Source of the DNA: Narcine bancroftii
Taxonomy: Eukaryota
DNA: 64,000 bases
Assembly: GCF_036971445.1 (NCBI RefSeq)
Contig: NC_091471.1
Span: 131,440,001 to 131,504,000 of the forward strand
Direction of reading: 5' to 3'
Shown one piece after another: positions 49,330-61,450 of this stretch. Each line of letters starts with the position of its first letter. Position 1 is the stretch's first letter. The notes beneath the pieces are model-generated. The model was not told the DNA's origin. It searched no databases and worked only from the letters and a program-made list of their open reading frames with translations. A program made the position numbers and the translations under genes.

Positions 49330-50362
49330 AAGAGCAACTTGTCCGTGAACTACTCTTTGCAGACGATGCCGCTTTAGTTGCCCATCCAGCGCATAACGTC
49401 CTGTTTTGCGGAAACTGCCAAAATGTTTGGCCTGGAAGTCAGCCTGAAGAAAACTGAGGTCCTCCATCAGCCAGCTCCCCACCATGACCACCAGCCCCCC
49501 CCCCCCCCCCCCCCCCCCCACATCTCCATCGGGCACACAGAACTCAAAACAGTCAACCAGTTTAACTACCTCGGCTGCACCATTTCATCTGATGCAAGGA
49601 TCGACAAAGTGATAGACAACAGACTCGCCAAGGCAAATAGCGCCTTTGGAAGACTACACAAAAGAGCCTGGAAAAACAACCACCTGAAGAAACACACAAA
49701 GATCAGCGTGTACAGAACTGTTGTCATACCCACGCTCCTGTTCGGCTCCGAATCATGGGTCCTCTACCGGCATCACCTTTGGCTCCTAGAAAGCTTCCAT
49801 CAGTGCTGTCTCCGCTCCATCCTCAACATTCATTGGAATGACTTCATCACCAACATCAAAGTACTCGACCTGGCAGAGTCCGCAAGCATCGAATCCATGC
49901 TGCTGAAGACCCAACTGCGCTGGGTGTGTCACGTCTCCAGAATGGAGGCCCATTGCCTTCCCAAGATCGTGTTCTATGGCAAGCTCTCCACTGGCCACCG
50001 AGACAGAGGTGCACCAAAGAAGAGGTACAAGGACTGCTTAAAGAAATCTCTTGGTGCCTGACACTTGACCACCGCCAGTGGGCTGATATTGCCTCCAACC
50101 GTGCATCTTGGCGCCTCACAGTTCGGCAGGCAGCAACCTCCTTTGAAGAAAACCGCAGAGCCCAGCTCACTGACAAAAGACAAAGGAGGAAAAACCCAAC
50201 ACCCAACCCCAACCCCCCAATTTTCCCTTGCAACCGCTGCAACCGTGCCTGCCTGTCCCACATCGGACTTGTGAGTCACCAACGAGCCTGCAGCAGACGT
50301 GGACACACCACTCCATAAATCTTCGTCCGCGAAGCCAAGCCAAAGAAGAAGAGAAGAAGAAG
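49330..50362 (+). mobile_element. RTE-clade LINE, 5'-truncated (RT C-terminal half, Cys/His-rich end, (GAA)n tail)
   Basis: VRELLFADDAALVAH, FGLEVSLKKTEV, YLGCTIS, LRWVCHVSRM and C..C......GL.SH.R.C, with a premature TGA at 50059-50061. Confidence 0.93.
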
Positions 50363-51349
50363 ACATATTATTCAAAGCTTAATAAAACCTGTTAATACAA
50401 AAAAACCATCAAATGTTGGAGAGGACTGGACTTGCACCAAGCTAATCAAAGGAAAATTACAGAACTTAAAAATGAAAGAGAAAGTAGGCAGAATGTTTTT
50501 GTGCTTTTTTTTGTGTATATTATGCTACAGGAGCAATGGAAGTATTGTTGTTATTTGTAAAGGAGGTGCCCACTAGGTGATATGGCTTATTGTTAGAACA
50601 GTCCAAAATTATTTGTGCATTTTATGTACTTGCATAGCTGCAGCAAACAAGAAGAATGTCAGTGCATTTGCACATTTTACTTATAGTAAGTGTATGACAA
50701 TAAATTCTCATCTCATATAATCTACACTGCTCTGTAATGCATCTTGTCTCAAAATAAACATTTTGGTCCCATATACCATAGCTCTTTGCAAAAAGCAATT
50801 TTGTCTGACCCCTCTCCTTTAAATTACCACAAATTAAACCCTTCACAATTTTATATGTTTTTATTAAATCCACCCTTATCTTCACTAAAATGGAACAACT
50901 CATTTAAAAATTTTGTCTCTCCCAGTAACTTGATATCCTAGTGAATCCATGCTGTTGAGTCAGTATGGTTTGTAGAAATGGACCATATTTTGCATATCTC
51001 ACTGTGAATCTTTATTCTTCATGGACAGTGTGATGTGGTGGGGATAGGTTCATGGAGGATGTTGTTCTTGTGGATGTTAAATGCAATATCCTTGCTCTCA
51101 CTGAGCCATTCTTCAGCGATTGGGAAGGCTGACATTAAGGAGACCTGCTTGTTGCTATCAGAGTTGAGCATCTCCTTGCTTGAAAATGGTCACAATTATG
51201 CATCTCTGATGTCTTCTGAATATCCTCCTTTTTTCCAAGAGTGGACGATGAGGCCATGGATTTGAGGCAGAAGCTCTTCATTCCCAGGTTTCAGAATTTC
51301 AATGGGGATCTCTACCTAAGGCCTTGTTATTTTTGAGTTGGCATGTAAC

Positions 51350-52215
51350 CAAGGGCAGCCATCCTATACTACACATTAATTGGCTGGCAGTGGAGAGAGT
51401 AGACTGACCACGTTCCTTGGAGTCCACTTAAAAAGTGACTTGTCCTGGTCAGACAGCATCTTTTCACTTCACTGGGAGGCACAACAAAGACTACACTTCA
51501 TGAGCAGAACGAGGTGGACAAGGCTACCAGCTTCCATTCTCTCAACTTTCTAAAAGAGCTCCTGGCCTGCTGTATTACAGTGTGGTACAGTTGCTGCAGA
51601 CGATTAGATTGGAGGTCAATCCACAGGACCATAACAGTGTTAGAGAGGATCACTGGGGTTTTCCTTCCCCTCCCCCCCCCCCTCTCCCACCACACTATCG
51701 ACCTGATCTACCAGGATTGTTGATTGAAGAGTTTTGCAAATGGTACCTCCTACCATCCCACTCACAGCATCTTTCAGCTCCTCTGTCAGGAAAGAGATAG
51801 AGGAGTATCAGAACCACCAGGCTGAGAAACAGCTTCTTCCCATGGACAGTGAAACTGCCGAGCAAGTGAAATGAACTGCTCATAGAAATCCTGNNNNNNN
51901 NNNNNNNNNNNNNNNNNNNNNNNNNNNNNNNNNNNNNNNNNNNNNNNNNNNNNNNNNNNNNNNNNNNNNNNNNNNNNNNNNNNNNNNNNNNNNNNNNNNN
52001 NNNNNNNNNNNNNNNNNNNNNNNNNNNNNNNNNNNNNNNNNNNNNNNNNNNNNNNNNNNNNNNNNNNNNNNNNNNNNNNNNNNNNNNNNNNNNNNNNTAT
52101 ATATTTATATATGTGTGTTATATCTGGATGTGTGTTTGCATGTTTTTGCACAGAGGACTAGAGAACACTATTTCATTGGGTTGGACTTGTACAATGGAAT
52201 GATAATGAACATTCT
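51350..52215 (+). mobile_element. Rex1/Babar LINE 3' end spanning the N gap
   Basis: FLGVHL..DLSW, CITVWY and TTRLRNSFFPW.V motifs. 3'UTR-like sequence continues after the gap. Confidence 0.75.
51894..52097. other. Run of 204 N (assembly gap or masked tract)
   Basis: Direct reading; (TA)-rich sequence follows on the right. Confidence 0.98.
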
Positions 52216-52649
52216 ACCCTTCTTCAAACTCAATAATGACAGTTCGGCTGACCTGGATAGGCTGCAACAGGATGGAATGGGTTTAAATCACGTCTTCAAA
52301 ATGTTCCTCATGACCTGCTAAGGATTGCAGCTCTAGGATAGGGTCTTGGGAGTTTGGACTGCAGAGATTTATGAAGCATTTAAAAACCCATTCATGTCGC
52401 CGTCAGTAAACTGCCTTGCGCCTTGTTGATGTTCAAATTACAGTAAGCAGCGCTTTTATGTAGCAATATCAACAAAAGTGCGTTTGATCCAATATACCAT
52501 CAAGTATCTACTATTAGTCTCATCTGCATTCGCTTTTTTTTGTATGATCCCCACACATTTGATTGACTCTGCTCTATTTTCATGTCCTATTCCCTGAGCC
52601 TGATTTATAGGTTCATGGCCATACATGCATTATTCGCATTTGTGGTCTG

Positions 52650-53480
52650 AGAACATTCTGTGTGTGAGCTGCGCCTCATTGGGTGAGAATGAGTGCACCT
52701 TTCTGGTGTCCTGAGGGTCGGTGTGTCAAAGTGGAGCTCTCGAGTGAGCATTGTTCGGATCGCGCACATTAACCCCTGTCTGGGGCTGCAGAGGGAGCGC
52801 GCTTGCCCTGGACGCTCCTTCTTCTGTGTTGCCTTCGCTCGGGCGCGCCCCCGGGCGTTTTGTCATGAACCGACCCAGAGCCGCCAGGTGATCAATCGCA
52901 GGCCATCACCGAGGGAGAAGGAAGGAAGGTAGGAAGCAGCGGCCGGCGCTCCCCACCTTTCGCCCGGCCTCTGCAAGCTGTTATGATTTGGTGACGATGC
53001 GGGTGGGGGGAGGGGTGTTCTTGGAGAGCGGAGAGGGGGTCAATGTTTTAATGTGCAACTTGAGAGGGTGAAGGAGGAGGAGGTCAACCATGCATCTTCC
53101 TCGGTCATCCGATTAAATCCACACCCAGGCTTATTCCCGGGCCTGACACGAACTCTTTCTTCCAGAGGCACATGAATGTCTGGTTTGCAGCGCGGTGGGG
53201 TCGTGGCGCTCCCGTGCTGTGCAGCCGCCGCTCGGCCCCGCTGTCCGGGCACGCGCTCTCTCTGATTGACAGGCACAAAAGTTGCGGAGCAGCTGTCCAG
53301 TCAACGAATCTGCATGCGCATTATTTCCCCACTCGTCCCTGCCTATTGGTGGACCGTCGGATAAGGCGGGATATCGAGCTCGCGCACAGAAGTTTCTTGC
53401 AAAGTTCTACTTGTGTTAAGGTAGGGATTGCTCGCTAGGTGCAGCACAATTGGAGCTCCAGTCAGTGAAAGCGTGGAACT
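52650..53480. promoter_or_regulatory. CpG-island-like region, candidate promoter of an unassigned transcript
   Basis: Dense CpG with no transposon similarity recognised. Contains ATTGG boxes (about 52678 and 53345), TGCATGCGCA (53311-53320), a GC-box-like AGGCGGGA and candidate donors AAG|GTAGGA (52929) and AAG|GTAGGG (53421). Confidence 0.6.
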
Positions 53481-53614
53481 GAAATGTTTCCATTATTTGT
53501 ATCTACATTTCAACGTAGCCAACTTTTTTTTGGTTATCATCTCCACTCCACTTTAATAGGGGAGGAGGGCAGAACAATGTGTAGTTATGTCCTGCTCTCA
53601 AAGCTTATTTGCTT

Positions 53615-54598
53615 TGTAATGGAATATATTTTTGGGAGATAATTGGTAAAATTAGAGTAGGTTACATACATACATTTTAAAACAGATCTTATTTGAAATA
53701 TTGAAGAATTCATATTCAGTGAACTTTACAGAAACTATGGAGAATGCAATGAACATTCCACAAGTAGGTGCTAATTCAAATGATGTCATCAAATGAATCG
53801 ACTGGAGTCAGGTTGTCTGTGTTGAACATTTTTTACAAGGTTTCTGACCTTTCTGCAAAGTGCTCACTCAAAATGAGAAGTTTTGTTTACCTAAGACAAT
53901 GGCTAGGAGCAAAAGACTAACTCCTATTGTTTGTTGGAGAAGGTGGGTGGGGGGCTGCAAGTGAGAGAGTCACATAGGCTTTCTAGCAGTTGGAAGATAG
54001 AGAGAGACTGAAAAAGCTTGTTGGAACTGAAATAGAAAACTCCAGAGCGGCAGATGGCTGGAAGTGCTATCTGTCTGATGTTTCTCTTGGAATTAGGGGA
54101 ACAGAAAGGAACTCTATCATAACCTGAAAGAAAGAGGTTATCATCTGGAGAACCCTGATGGGGCAAGTTTCATCAGCAAAACATTGAGGTGGTACCTCAG
54201 TTGTGGAAATCCTGGAACAACAAATCTCTCTCTGCAAACCTCCAAAGAACCTTCCTGAGTGGTAAACATTTACCTTTCAAGCACCAAAGCCTGGTGAACT
54301 TTATACATGTTAAATTCTGTGCACAGTATAAGAATTGCCTGCAACCAGTGAACTTGGAAGAATGAGAAGTGGGATTGAATTGTGAACCAAAGAACTTTTA
54401 AATTTGCACACACATCATACATGTGCCCTTAGAATTAGAAGGGGGTTAATTTGGGTTAGTTAAGTTAATAGAGATAAATTAAAGTTTGATCCTGTTTTCA
54501 TGTTTCAAGATAATTAAAAACAACTTTTGTTTAAGTAACTACTTGTCTTGGTGAATGTCTATTGCTGCTGGATTTTGGGGTCCTTTGGGCTCGTAACA
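53615..54598 (+). mobile_element. Gypsy-type solo LTR, 984 bp
   Basis: TGTAAT...GTAACA termini with a 4-bp TSD GCTT at 53611-53614 and 54599-54602. Related to 39826-40710. Confidence 0.88.
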
Positions 54599-54869
54599 GC
54601 TTGTGTTTAAGACTAATAATTTTATTTTGCTTATTTTTGGATTACACTTGCATGTTGTTAAGGAATAAAATGTTTGTTTTCTACTCATTCTCATAATATG
54701 AATCAAGTGTGTGTTTTTTTGCCTGTAATTGTGATATCACTCTGGGGGGAAAAAAACTTTTTCTTACATTTTTTTCCATTTATCCTTGGGTTAATTTTTT
54801 TCCCCATATTTTGTTATATCATTTGATCTAATTGGGACTATATTAGCACACAGAGCAATCACACTTGCT

Positions 54870-55116
54870 AAATTTCCTTGTAACCTAGTCTCCCATATTT
54901 CCATCAATTCCCAACAAATTCTATACTCATTAAGGGCAAGTTACAGTTGGCAATTTACCAGCTTCCACGTCTTTGGGAGTAAATTGGAATACCTTGGGGA
55001 AACTGGAGCAGTCACAGGGAGAATGTACAAATTTCACAAACAGTACTGGAAGTCAGCATTGAATCTGGGTCACTGGAGCTGTATGGCAGTTGTATTTGAT
55101 GTACCATTGTGCTGCC
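54870..55116 (-). mobile_element. tRNA-derived SINE, decayed
   Basis: GTCACAGGGAGAATGTACAAA...TTGAATCTGGGTCACTGG, as in the other SINE copies. Confidence 0.65.
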
Positions 55117-55166
55117 TGTAACAAAACTACTGTGCTACTGAAAACAGTCACTGGCTGAGATAGCAT

Positions 55167-57000
55167 TGTTATGTCTCTGTGCTACTTGGGAAGCATCTTG
55201 AATAACTTAGAGATGCAAGATTCAAATAACAAAAGAGACTTTACTTACTGATGCCTTCCACCATCTCAGGAATCTGGTCACATACACATGCTCCACAATG
55301 GTGCACTACAGTTACTACAATGAGAAGGGTGTATTCTTACGTGGTTACAAAATGTTCACGTTATCCTCATTATATAACATCCCTCCTCCTCAAGATGAAG
55401 AAAAATTTAATGTTCTTTATTACTTTCTTTCCAGTGCAACTTAAGTAACTGAGCTTGTACACTAGTTTATTTACACAATAATTTTTATAGTTTTTATTGA
55501 TATCACACTAATGGCAATATGTTGCTTTGCCATCTTGTGGATTTAGCTGCGACCATTGGGCTCTATTGCTGGTACATGTGTAGGTGACGTAGCTTGTTGT
55601 GCTTCACCTGACCACTGCTATATTGATGGTATTGGTGGTTGTGGTCTCTTGATACTTCTAGACAATATGTGGCTCCGACAAGTTCTTTCATCTGTTGCCT
55701 TTTTATAAATAATGATCCATTAGTGAAGTCTCTTGGGCACTCTCCAAAGCTGTTGGCCCTGACATATCTAACATGAGAGCAGAGCTCCAGTGTTTTAAAT
55801 AAGATCTGTTTTAAAGTGTTTGTATGTGACCTACACTTTAAAAAAAACCTTCCCCAATTTATCTCCCCAAAACATATCTATACACAATACAAACACAACG
55901 TAATCTGTCACTCCTCATATCCAACTAACCCCTTTTGTTGGTCTGGATTCCTCCCCCATTGTTTCAATTCTGAGATTTCTTGCTTCTGGCTCATTCTGCT
56001 GATTCCTTGTAGCCCGAAACGTCGGGAATGTATCTTTGTCTCTGATAGATGCTAAAAAGAATGGCTGAGTTCTTCCAGGATTTTAGTGTGTTTTTTTACT
56101 GCAATCACAGTGTTTGCAGACTTTCGTTTCACTTAACTCACTGATTGTGCCTGTTGCACCTTTGTTGCACATCTTGGAGCTTCTGTTTTCATTTCTTTTC
56201 AGATTGGTTGACACTTTCTGTTGGGGGTGGATTACTGGTTTCACTTGGAGGTCAACAGTGGTATGATATTCAACCAGTATTTCATTCAAACTTTCTGGGT
56301 GCAATAGATTAGATACATTTTCCTTATTGAGCCAACCTTATTTTTATTGGTGTGATGCTTTCTTTTCTCCATTGTGTGCCCTTCACTGAGCTTGCATTTC
56401 TCAGACCCATGGTGGAGGCTTCCATCATTTTTGTCTTTCCTTTTGAGTGTCCCTTTTGATTTGGGTTGTCTCAAATCGTGGAATTTTGTTTCCTCCATAC
56501 CTTGTCAAAAAAGGATTGCTTTATTTTGAGTAAAACCATTGCAGAACCCAGACCAGTGGGTCATTGCACTCCTTACATTGTGGTAGCTCCTTTCTTGGGG
56601 AAGGAGGTCAAATTAAAACACACTGTTCCAGTTGCAGTCTTGCCGAGAAACTGCAGAAAGATATTTTTAAGCTTCCACTCAAAATCTCAATGAAAGACAA
56701 GACACCTCTCTCACTATTGAAGCTGCATTTTACTTTAAATGATTCTTTAAACATCAAGATTTCTTTTTCACCTTGAATACTCAGTATATGTTTTTTTTAC
56801 ACTGAAGTTCTGCTTTTTACTATCTGGTTCTCCATCATCTCTGTTGTTTCCCACTTGCTCATCTTGTCTGTATCCCGAGCACTACCTTCATTTCAACTTG
56901 GTTTTGTGCCATCAGTAAAGCCAGGAACATGAACTCAAATTCTCCGTCATTATTCATTGTATGGATTTAGAGTTTATTTTTTCCCCTCATTCTTTAACAT
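55167..57000 (-). mobile_element. Decayed Gypsy LTR retrotransposon: 213-bp 3' LTR (55167-55379), PPT and internal remnants
   Basis: LTR with inverted termini TGTTAT...ATAACA and PPT AGGAGGAGGGA (- strand) abutting at 55380-55390. Pol-like YHTTVDLQVKPVIHPQQKV. A Penelope pLTR piece is inserted at about 55990-56130. The right boundary is approximate. Confidence 0.7.
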
Positions 57001-57067
57001 GTCTGCTATATCCCTTCACTTCCAATTTGAACATGGCCTGATTGTCGATTTAAAAAAAAAAAAAAAA

Positions 57068-57770
57068 TATTTTATTTTTGATTGTCCAAACTTAAACTCA
57101 AATAGTTATCAACATTGAAAATGTTAACAATATAATAGTAATTTACAATTGTCAATTTTATACAAAATTTCCTGCAGAGTTCAAGCTTTTTTCATCCCCT
57201 TTTCTTCTCTCCCCCCCCCACCCCCCGCCCCATAGCCTCCACATTAACTCTTAATATTCAACCAATCACAATTACACACAACACTCAGGACATTCACAAC
57301 AAAGGTATAAGACATTATATCAGGAGTTTTTGGGTTTGTCACAGTGGGCAGTGCTCAGGCTGTTTTCTTCCCTTGACTTTTCCTGGATGGGATAGGATGG
57401 ACCCCCACCCCACCTGGCTCCCCTGGCCAATTGAGGGACAGCGAGGCACAACTGTCCACATTATAATTGTGCTCCAATGGATTTAAGTATGGTTGCCAAA
57501 TTTTCACGAAAGTTTTATACTTCTTCTTGAAGTTGTAAGTAATTTCTCCAGGGGAACACAACTTTGCATTTTTGTGTTCCGGTGTGCAATGCTCAAGCAG
57601 AAGTCTGATTTCCAGGTAACCACTATGCACTTCCTGGCCACTGCCATTGCGATCATTACGAATTGGCTTGAAACCAGTTGTTGATCTTGGCACATAATCT
57701 GAAGTGTGATCTTTGAGTAGGGCATTATTTTTCTTTCTGTCAACTTGTTCTTGGCCTCCTTTCAGTCTGG
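57068..57770 (-). mobile_element. L1-clade LINE 3' fragment
   Basis: IAMAVARKCIVVTWKSD and EITYN....KTFVKIWQPYL are similar to the C-terminus of the L1 at 44600-45000. Confidence 0.8.
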
Positions 57771-57849
57771 TTTTATTTTGACTAACTTCATCAATCTTGC
57801 TTCTTTTACCAGGACAATTCAATTTAGAGGTAGATAGCATAGCTTTGCA

Positions 57850-58345
57850 TCGGAAAACGTGTCACACAAATCTGATAGTGTTTTTTTTTAATGGAGAGGT
57901 GACCAAGAGGATAGATGAGGGCAGGGAGGTGAACGTTGGATGTATGAACTTGGCAAGTTCTTTGACAAGGTCACTCATGATGGTTAGTTTGGAAGTTAAA
58001 TCACTGTTAGAGCCCTGTAGAGTGTTGTAGAACAGAGAGACTGAGGGTTACAAGTATGTAGCTTCTTATTCAGATGGGTATGGTGTTGGAGGAGGTGTAT
58101 GGCACGCATGCATTCATTGGGTAGGATACCAAATATTAAAATTGGGACCTCAGTATACAGCTGTTAAAGGCATGGCTGAGATTTGGAGTACTGTGGACAG
58201 TCTGGTCTCCCTGCTTTGGAAGCATATCAATGTTGGGAGAGGTGAAAAGATTCACCAGGGTGATGCTGGAACAGGAGAGCAGCTTTAGTTATGGGGAGAG
58301 GTTGGATGGGCTGGGTTACATTCTCCAGTGTAGGAAGTTGAGGAG
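57850..58345 (+). mobile_element. Heavily decayed CR1 fragment
   Basis: EVTKRIDEGREVNV and a downstream RFTR.ML-like region. Confidence 0.7.
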
Positions 58346-58355
58346 GTGAGGGGAA

Positions 58356-59138
58356 AAACACACAATGCTGGAGAAGCTCAGCATGTCAGTGTCCTTTATT
58401 TAGCAAAGGTAAAGATACACAATTGACATTTCAAGCTTGAACCCTTCATCAAAGTATAAGAAAATAGGAACATAGGAAGTAGGAACAGGAGTAGGCCAAA
58501 AATGGCCCATCGAGCCTGCTCCGCCATTCAATACGATCATGGCTGATCTAATTTATGACCTAACTCCACCTACCTGCCTTCTCCCCATATCCCCTAATTC
58601 CTCTATCATGCCACAAACAAAAGAGTTTGGTGGGGGGTGGCAAAGGCAGGAGATGATTGGTAGAGAAAGAAGGGAGGGGAGCAGCAACAATAAGGGGGAG
58701 GAAGGAGGACTGGGTGGATGGAGGAACTGGAAAGACAGGAAAAGGGGGAAAGGAAAGAAAAAGTGTAGCAGGTTTAATGGAAAGCAGAAAAGTTAACGTT
58801 CATGCCATCTGTCTGGAAGGTGCCCAGCTGGAGAAAAAGGTGTTCCTTCAATCTGCAGGTAGTCAGGTTGGGATAGTACAAGGTCATGGACAGACATGTG
58901 AGCACGGGAGTGTGACTCAGAATTGAAATGGTTGGCCTCTGGGAGGTCGATGTGATTGTGAACGAAGGGGAGGTGCTGAGCAAAGTGATCTCCCAATCTG
59001 AGACCGGTCTCTCCGATGTAGAGAATGCCACAAATGGTGCACCGGATTCAGTAAATAAGTAGCAGACTGGAGATCGCTTTGCTCAGCACCTCCGCCCCAT
59101 TTGCAAACCACAGCAACCTCCCAGTGGCCAACCATTTC
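58356..59138 (-). mobile_element. Penelope-like element (pLTR and GIY-YIG remnant) with an inverted internal segment and a nested CR1 tail (about 58461-58610)
   Basis: The - strand reads IY*IRCTICGILYIGETG (GIY-YIG) at about 59003-59056. 59063-59138 is an inverted copy of 58925-59000. Confidence 0.8.
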
Positions 59139-59139
59139 C

Positions 59140-59345
59140 AGTGATAATTTCAGCCACTCTTAATAGTCCTGTGGATTGACCTCTGATCCATTTCTTTGCA
59201 GCAACTGTACAGCACTGATGCAGCCAGCCAGGACACTTGATAGAGCTCCTGCAGAAGGTTGACATAATGGTAGCCAGTAGCCTTGCCCGCTTCTGTCTTC
59301 TCAGGAAATGCAATTGCTGTTGCGCCTTCCTGACAAGTGAGGAGT
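59140..59345 (-). mobile_element. Rex1/Babar LINE fragment
   Basis: HFLRRQKRARL...STFCRSSI.., homologous to 51480-51660. Confidence 0.7.
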
Positions 59346-59649
59346 GAATATAGAAAGAGAATTCCCACCCTACTTTGTTAATAAAGAAGCTTGCATGAAT
59401 GTTATGATTTGGGTTCCTTGCTGGACCACATCAGAGAATGTTTAAGAGTTGACAAGTGAAGTGATATGGAGACCAGGTCAGATAAGGCTGGCAGCTTTTC
59501 ATCTTTAAAGGAAATGAACTGGTTGGATAATGACTTGACAGCCATATGATCACTTCTGATTGTTTAAAAATTAAAATTTCAAAACATATTTTACTATGAT
59601 TTTGTTTGGATTTGTGTTCTGAGCAGCACTATTATCACTACTGTGGCAC

Positions 59650-61450
59650 CTTGTCGTGAGGGGCTTTCCTTCCATCTTGGCCCCTCGATGCCCAGTAATG
59701 GGAAGGCTCTAAATTGTGGTCCTTCCCCACAGTGCTAGGTCCACCAAGCCTCAGTGCATCCCTCAGCACATACTCCTACAGCCTGGAATGCACGAGTTGG
59801 CAGCATTCCTGCATCAACATCTCCATGTACTGAAAGGCGAGCAGGTTTCGGGAAGATCAAAGTGCGTCTTTCACAGAGTTGATTGTCTTCAGTTCTAGAT
59901 GTCTGACTCTTTGTTTGTCCCTGGGAATAGCCCATAAATCAGAGTTCTGCAGTAATGATGAACTGTGACAAGAACCCTTTCATCCTTCTCCACAAACTCT
60001 TAGTAAATCTGCATTCAGTAAAGAGATGGGCAACTCTCTCAACTTCACCGCAGTCATCTTGAGGATGTTGTGCATAGTGAGTGATGTTCTGTTCATATGG
60101 GAAGAATTGACTGAGAGGGCTTCTCTCACCACCAGCCAGGCCAAGTTCTGGTGCTTTTTGTGTGCACTGGTGATGAGGGATTTTGCTAGATGGCTGAGAT
60201 GGTCTGCTCAGGGAACCATCTTTACTGGGTCCATTAAGTCCTCAGCTCTGTGTCTGTAGGATGTTCTCTGTGCTGATTACTGCTTGATGACCTTTTTGTC
60301 AAAGATGTTGGTCTAGAAAAACTTTTCCACAAAGATAGATGGTGTGGCAAAGTCCAACTGACTGGGACATTGTGCACCAATGGGGCCAGGCCACTCTTCA
60401 CAACGTCAAGGTAGTTAAGAGATATGGGGAAAGGGCAAGTAGGAGGAGATGATCCTAATGTCAGATCAGCCATGATCTTATTGAAGCACCCTTGATGGGC
60501 TGGATGGCCTACTCATCTAACACCTGGTGGAGATAGAACCTCAGAGCGTAGTGGCACTTGGTGCCCTCGTACTTTGGATCCAAGTAAAGTCTGATGCAGC
60601 CACACAAGAAGGTGGTCATCAGGGTGGGGGCCATGTTGGGTATGTCTTTGGTCCCATTGTCTGGTTACTTGTATGTGGTATCTCTTCAGACCCTTTCCAT
60701 CTTGGATCCAAACATGATCAGTTTGTTGCAGTTCCTGTACACCCTTGGCTGACCAGCGTAGACCAGGTACCCACATTTCTCTCCAATAGGAAACACAGAA
60801 AAGGGGTGGATATTGACACCTTTCCTGTCCTCTCTTGGATCATGGCAACTTGTGCTGTCCTCTCTCAGCATCACCTTCACTTGGCGTTTGCTGGTCCAGA
60901 TTCCAAATGTGTCCCTGACCCCTCAACATAAAGGCCAAGGAAGATGAGTACATCTACAACTGGCACGCATGAGATGAACATGTTCACCGTTATCACTCAT
61001 TTTCTTCTGTATAGGAAGGGTGAAGATTGGCTGTGCCTTGAATTGTGAGAGTGGAGCCAAGTTTCCCTTCTCCTGGAAGACATGGACCAACCTCTGCCAT
61101 CCTGCTGGGGTCTTGAATGTCGCATCGAAGTGACCGTTATCTGCGACGTCCTAGAAGTAGTAGATGACCTTTGCCTCAAATTTGAGGCATTCCATCAAGA
61201 CCTGGATGAAGAACCTTGACAGTGTTCTAGAATCTGTGCTGCTGAGGACTTATTGCTGCAGCCATCCTCGTGAGACTGTTGGAGGTGGGCTTACTGCTGG
61301 AAAGGCTGTTAGATCTATCCCTGCTTCAGCAGCGAGCTCATTCCAGGTGATCTCTTCTGTTCCAACAATCCTCTTGGGTATCTTCCTATTTTGTCTTTCT
61401 TGATGCCACAGCTTCTCAGAGATCCAGTCGATCAGCTCGCAGTAGATGAT
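59650..61450 (-). mobile_element. Tx1-like (L1 group) LINE remnant, internally deleted (ORF1 piece joined to ORF2 C-terminus)
   Basis: The - strand reads KTINSVKDAL*SSRNLLAFQ...ECCQLVHSRL*EYVLRDALRLG and TFLCGCIRL...TKCHYALRFYL, plus ORF1-like GYLVYAGQPRV.RNCNK. A small CR1 tail is inserted at about 60400-60512. Confidence 0.7.

Noticed and set aside
51894-52097. Hidden feature in the N run
   Set aside because: No sequence information. Both flanks belong to the same Rex/Babar 3' region and suggest a simple TA-rich tract.
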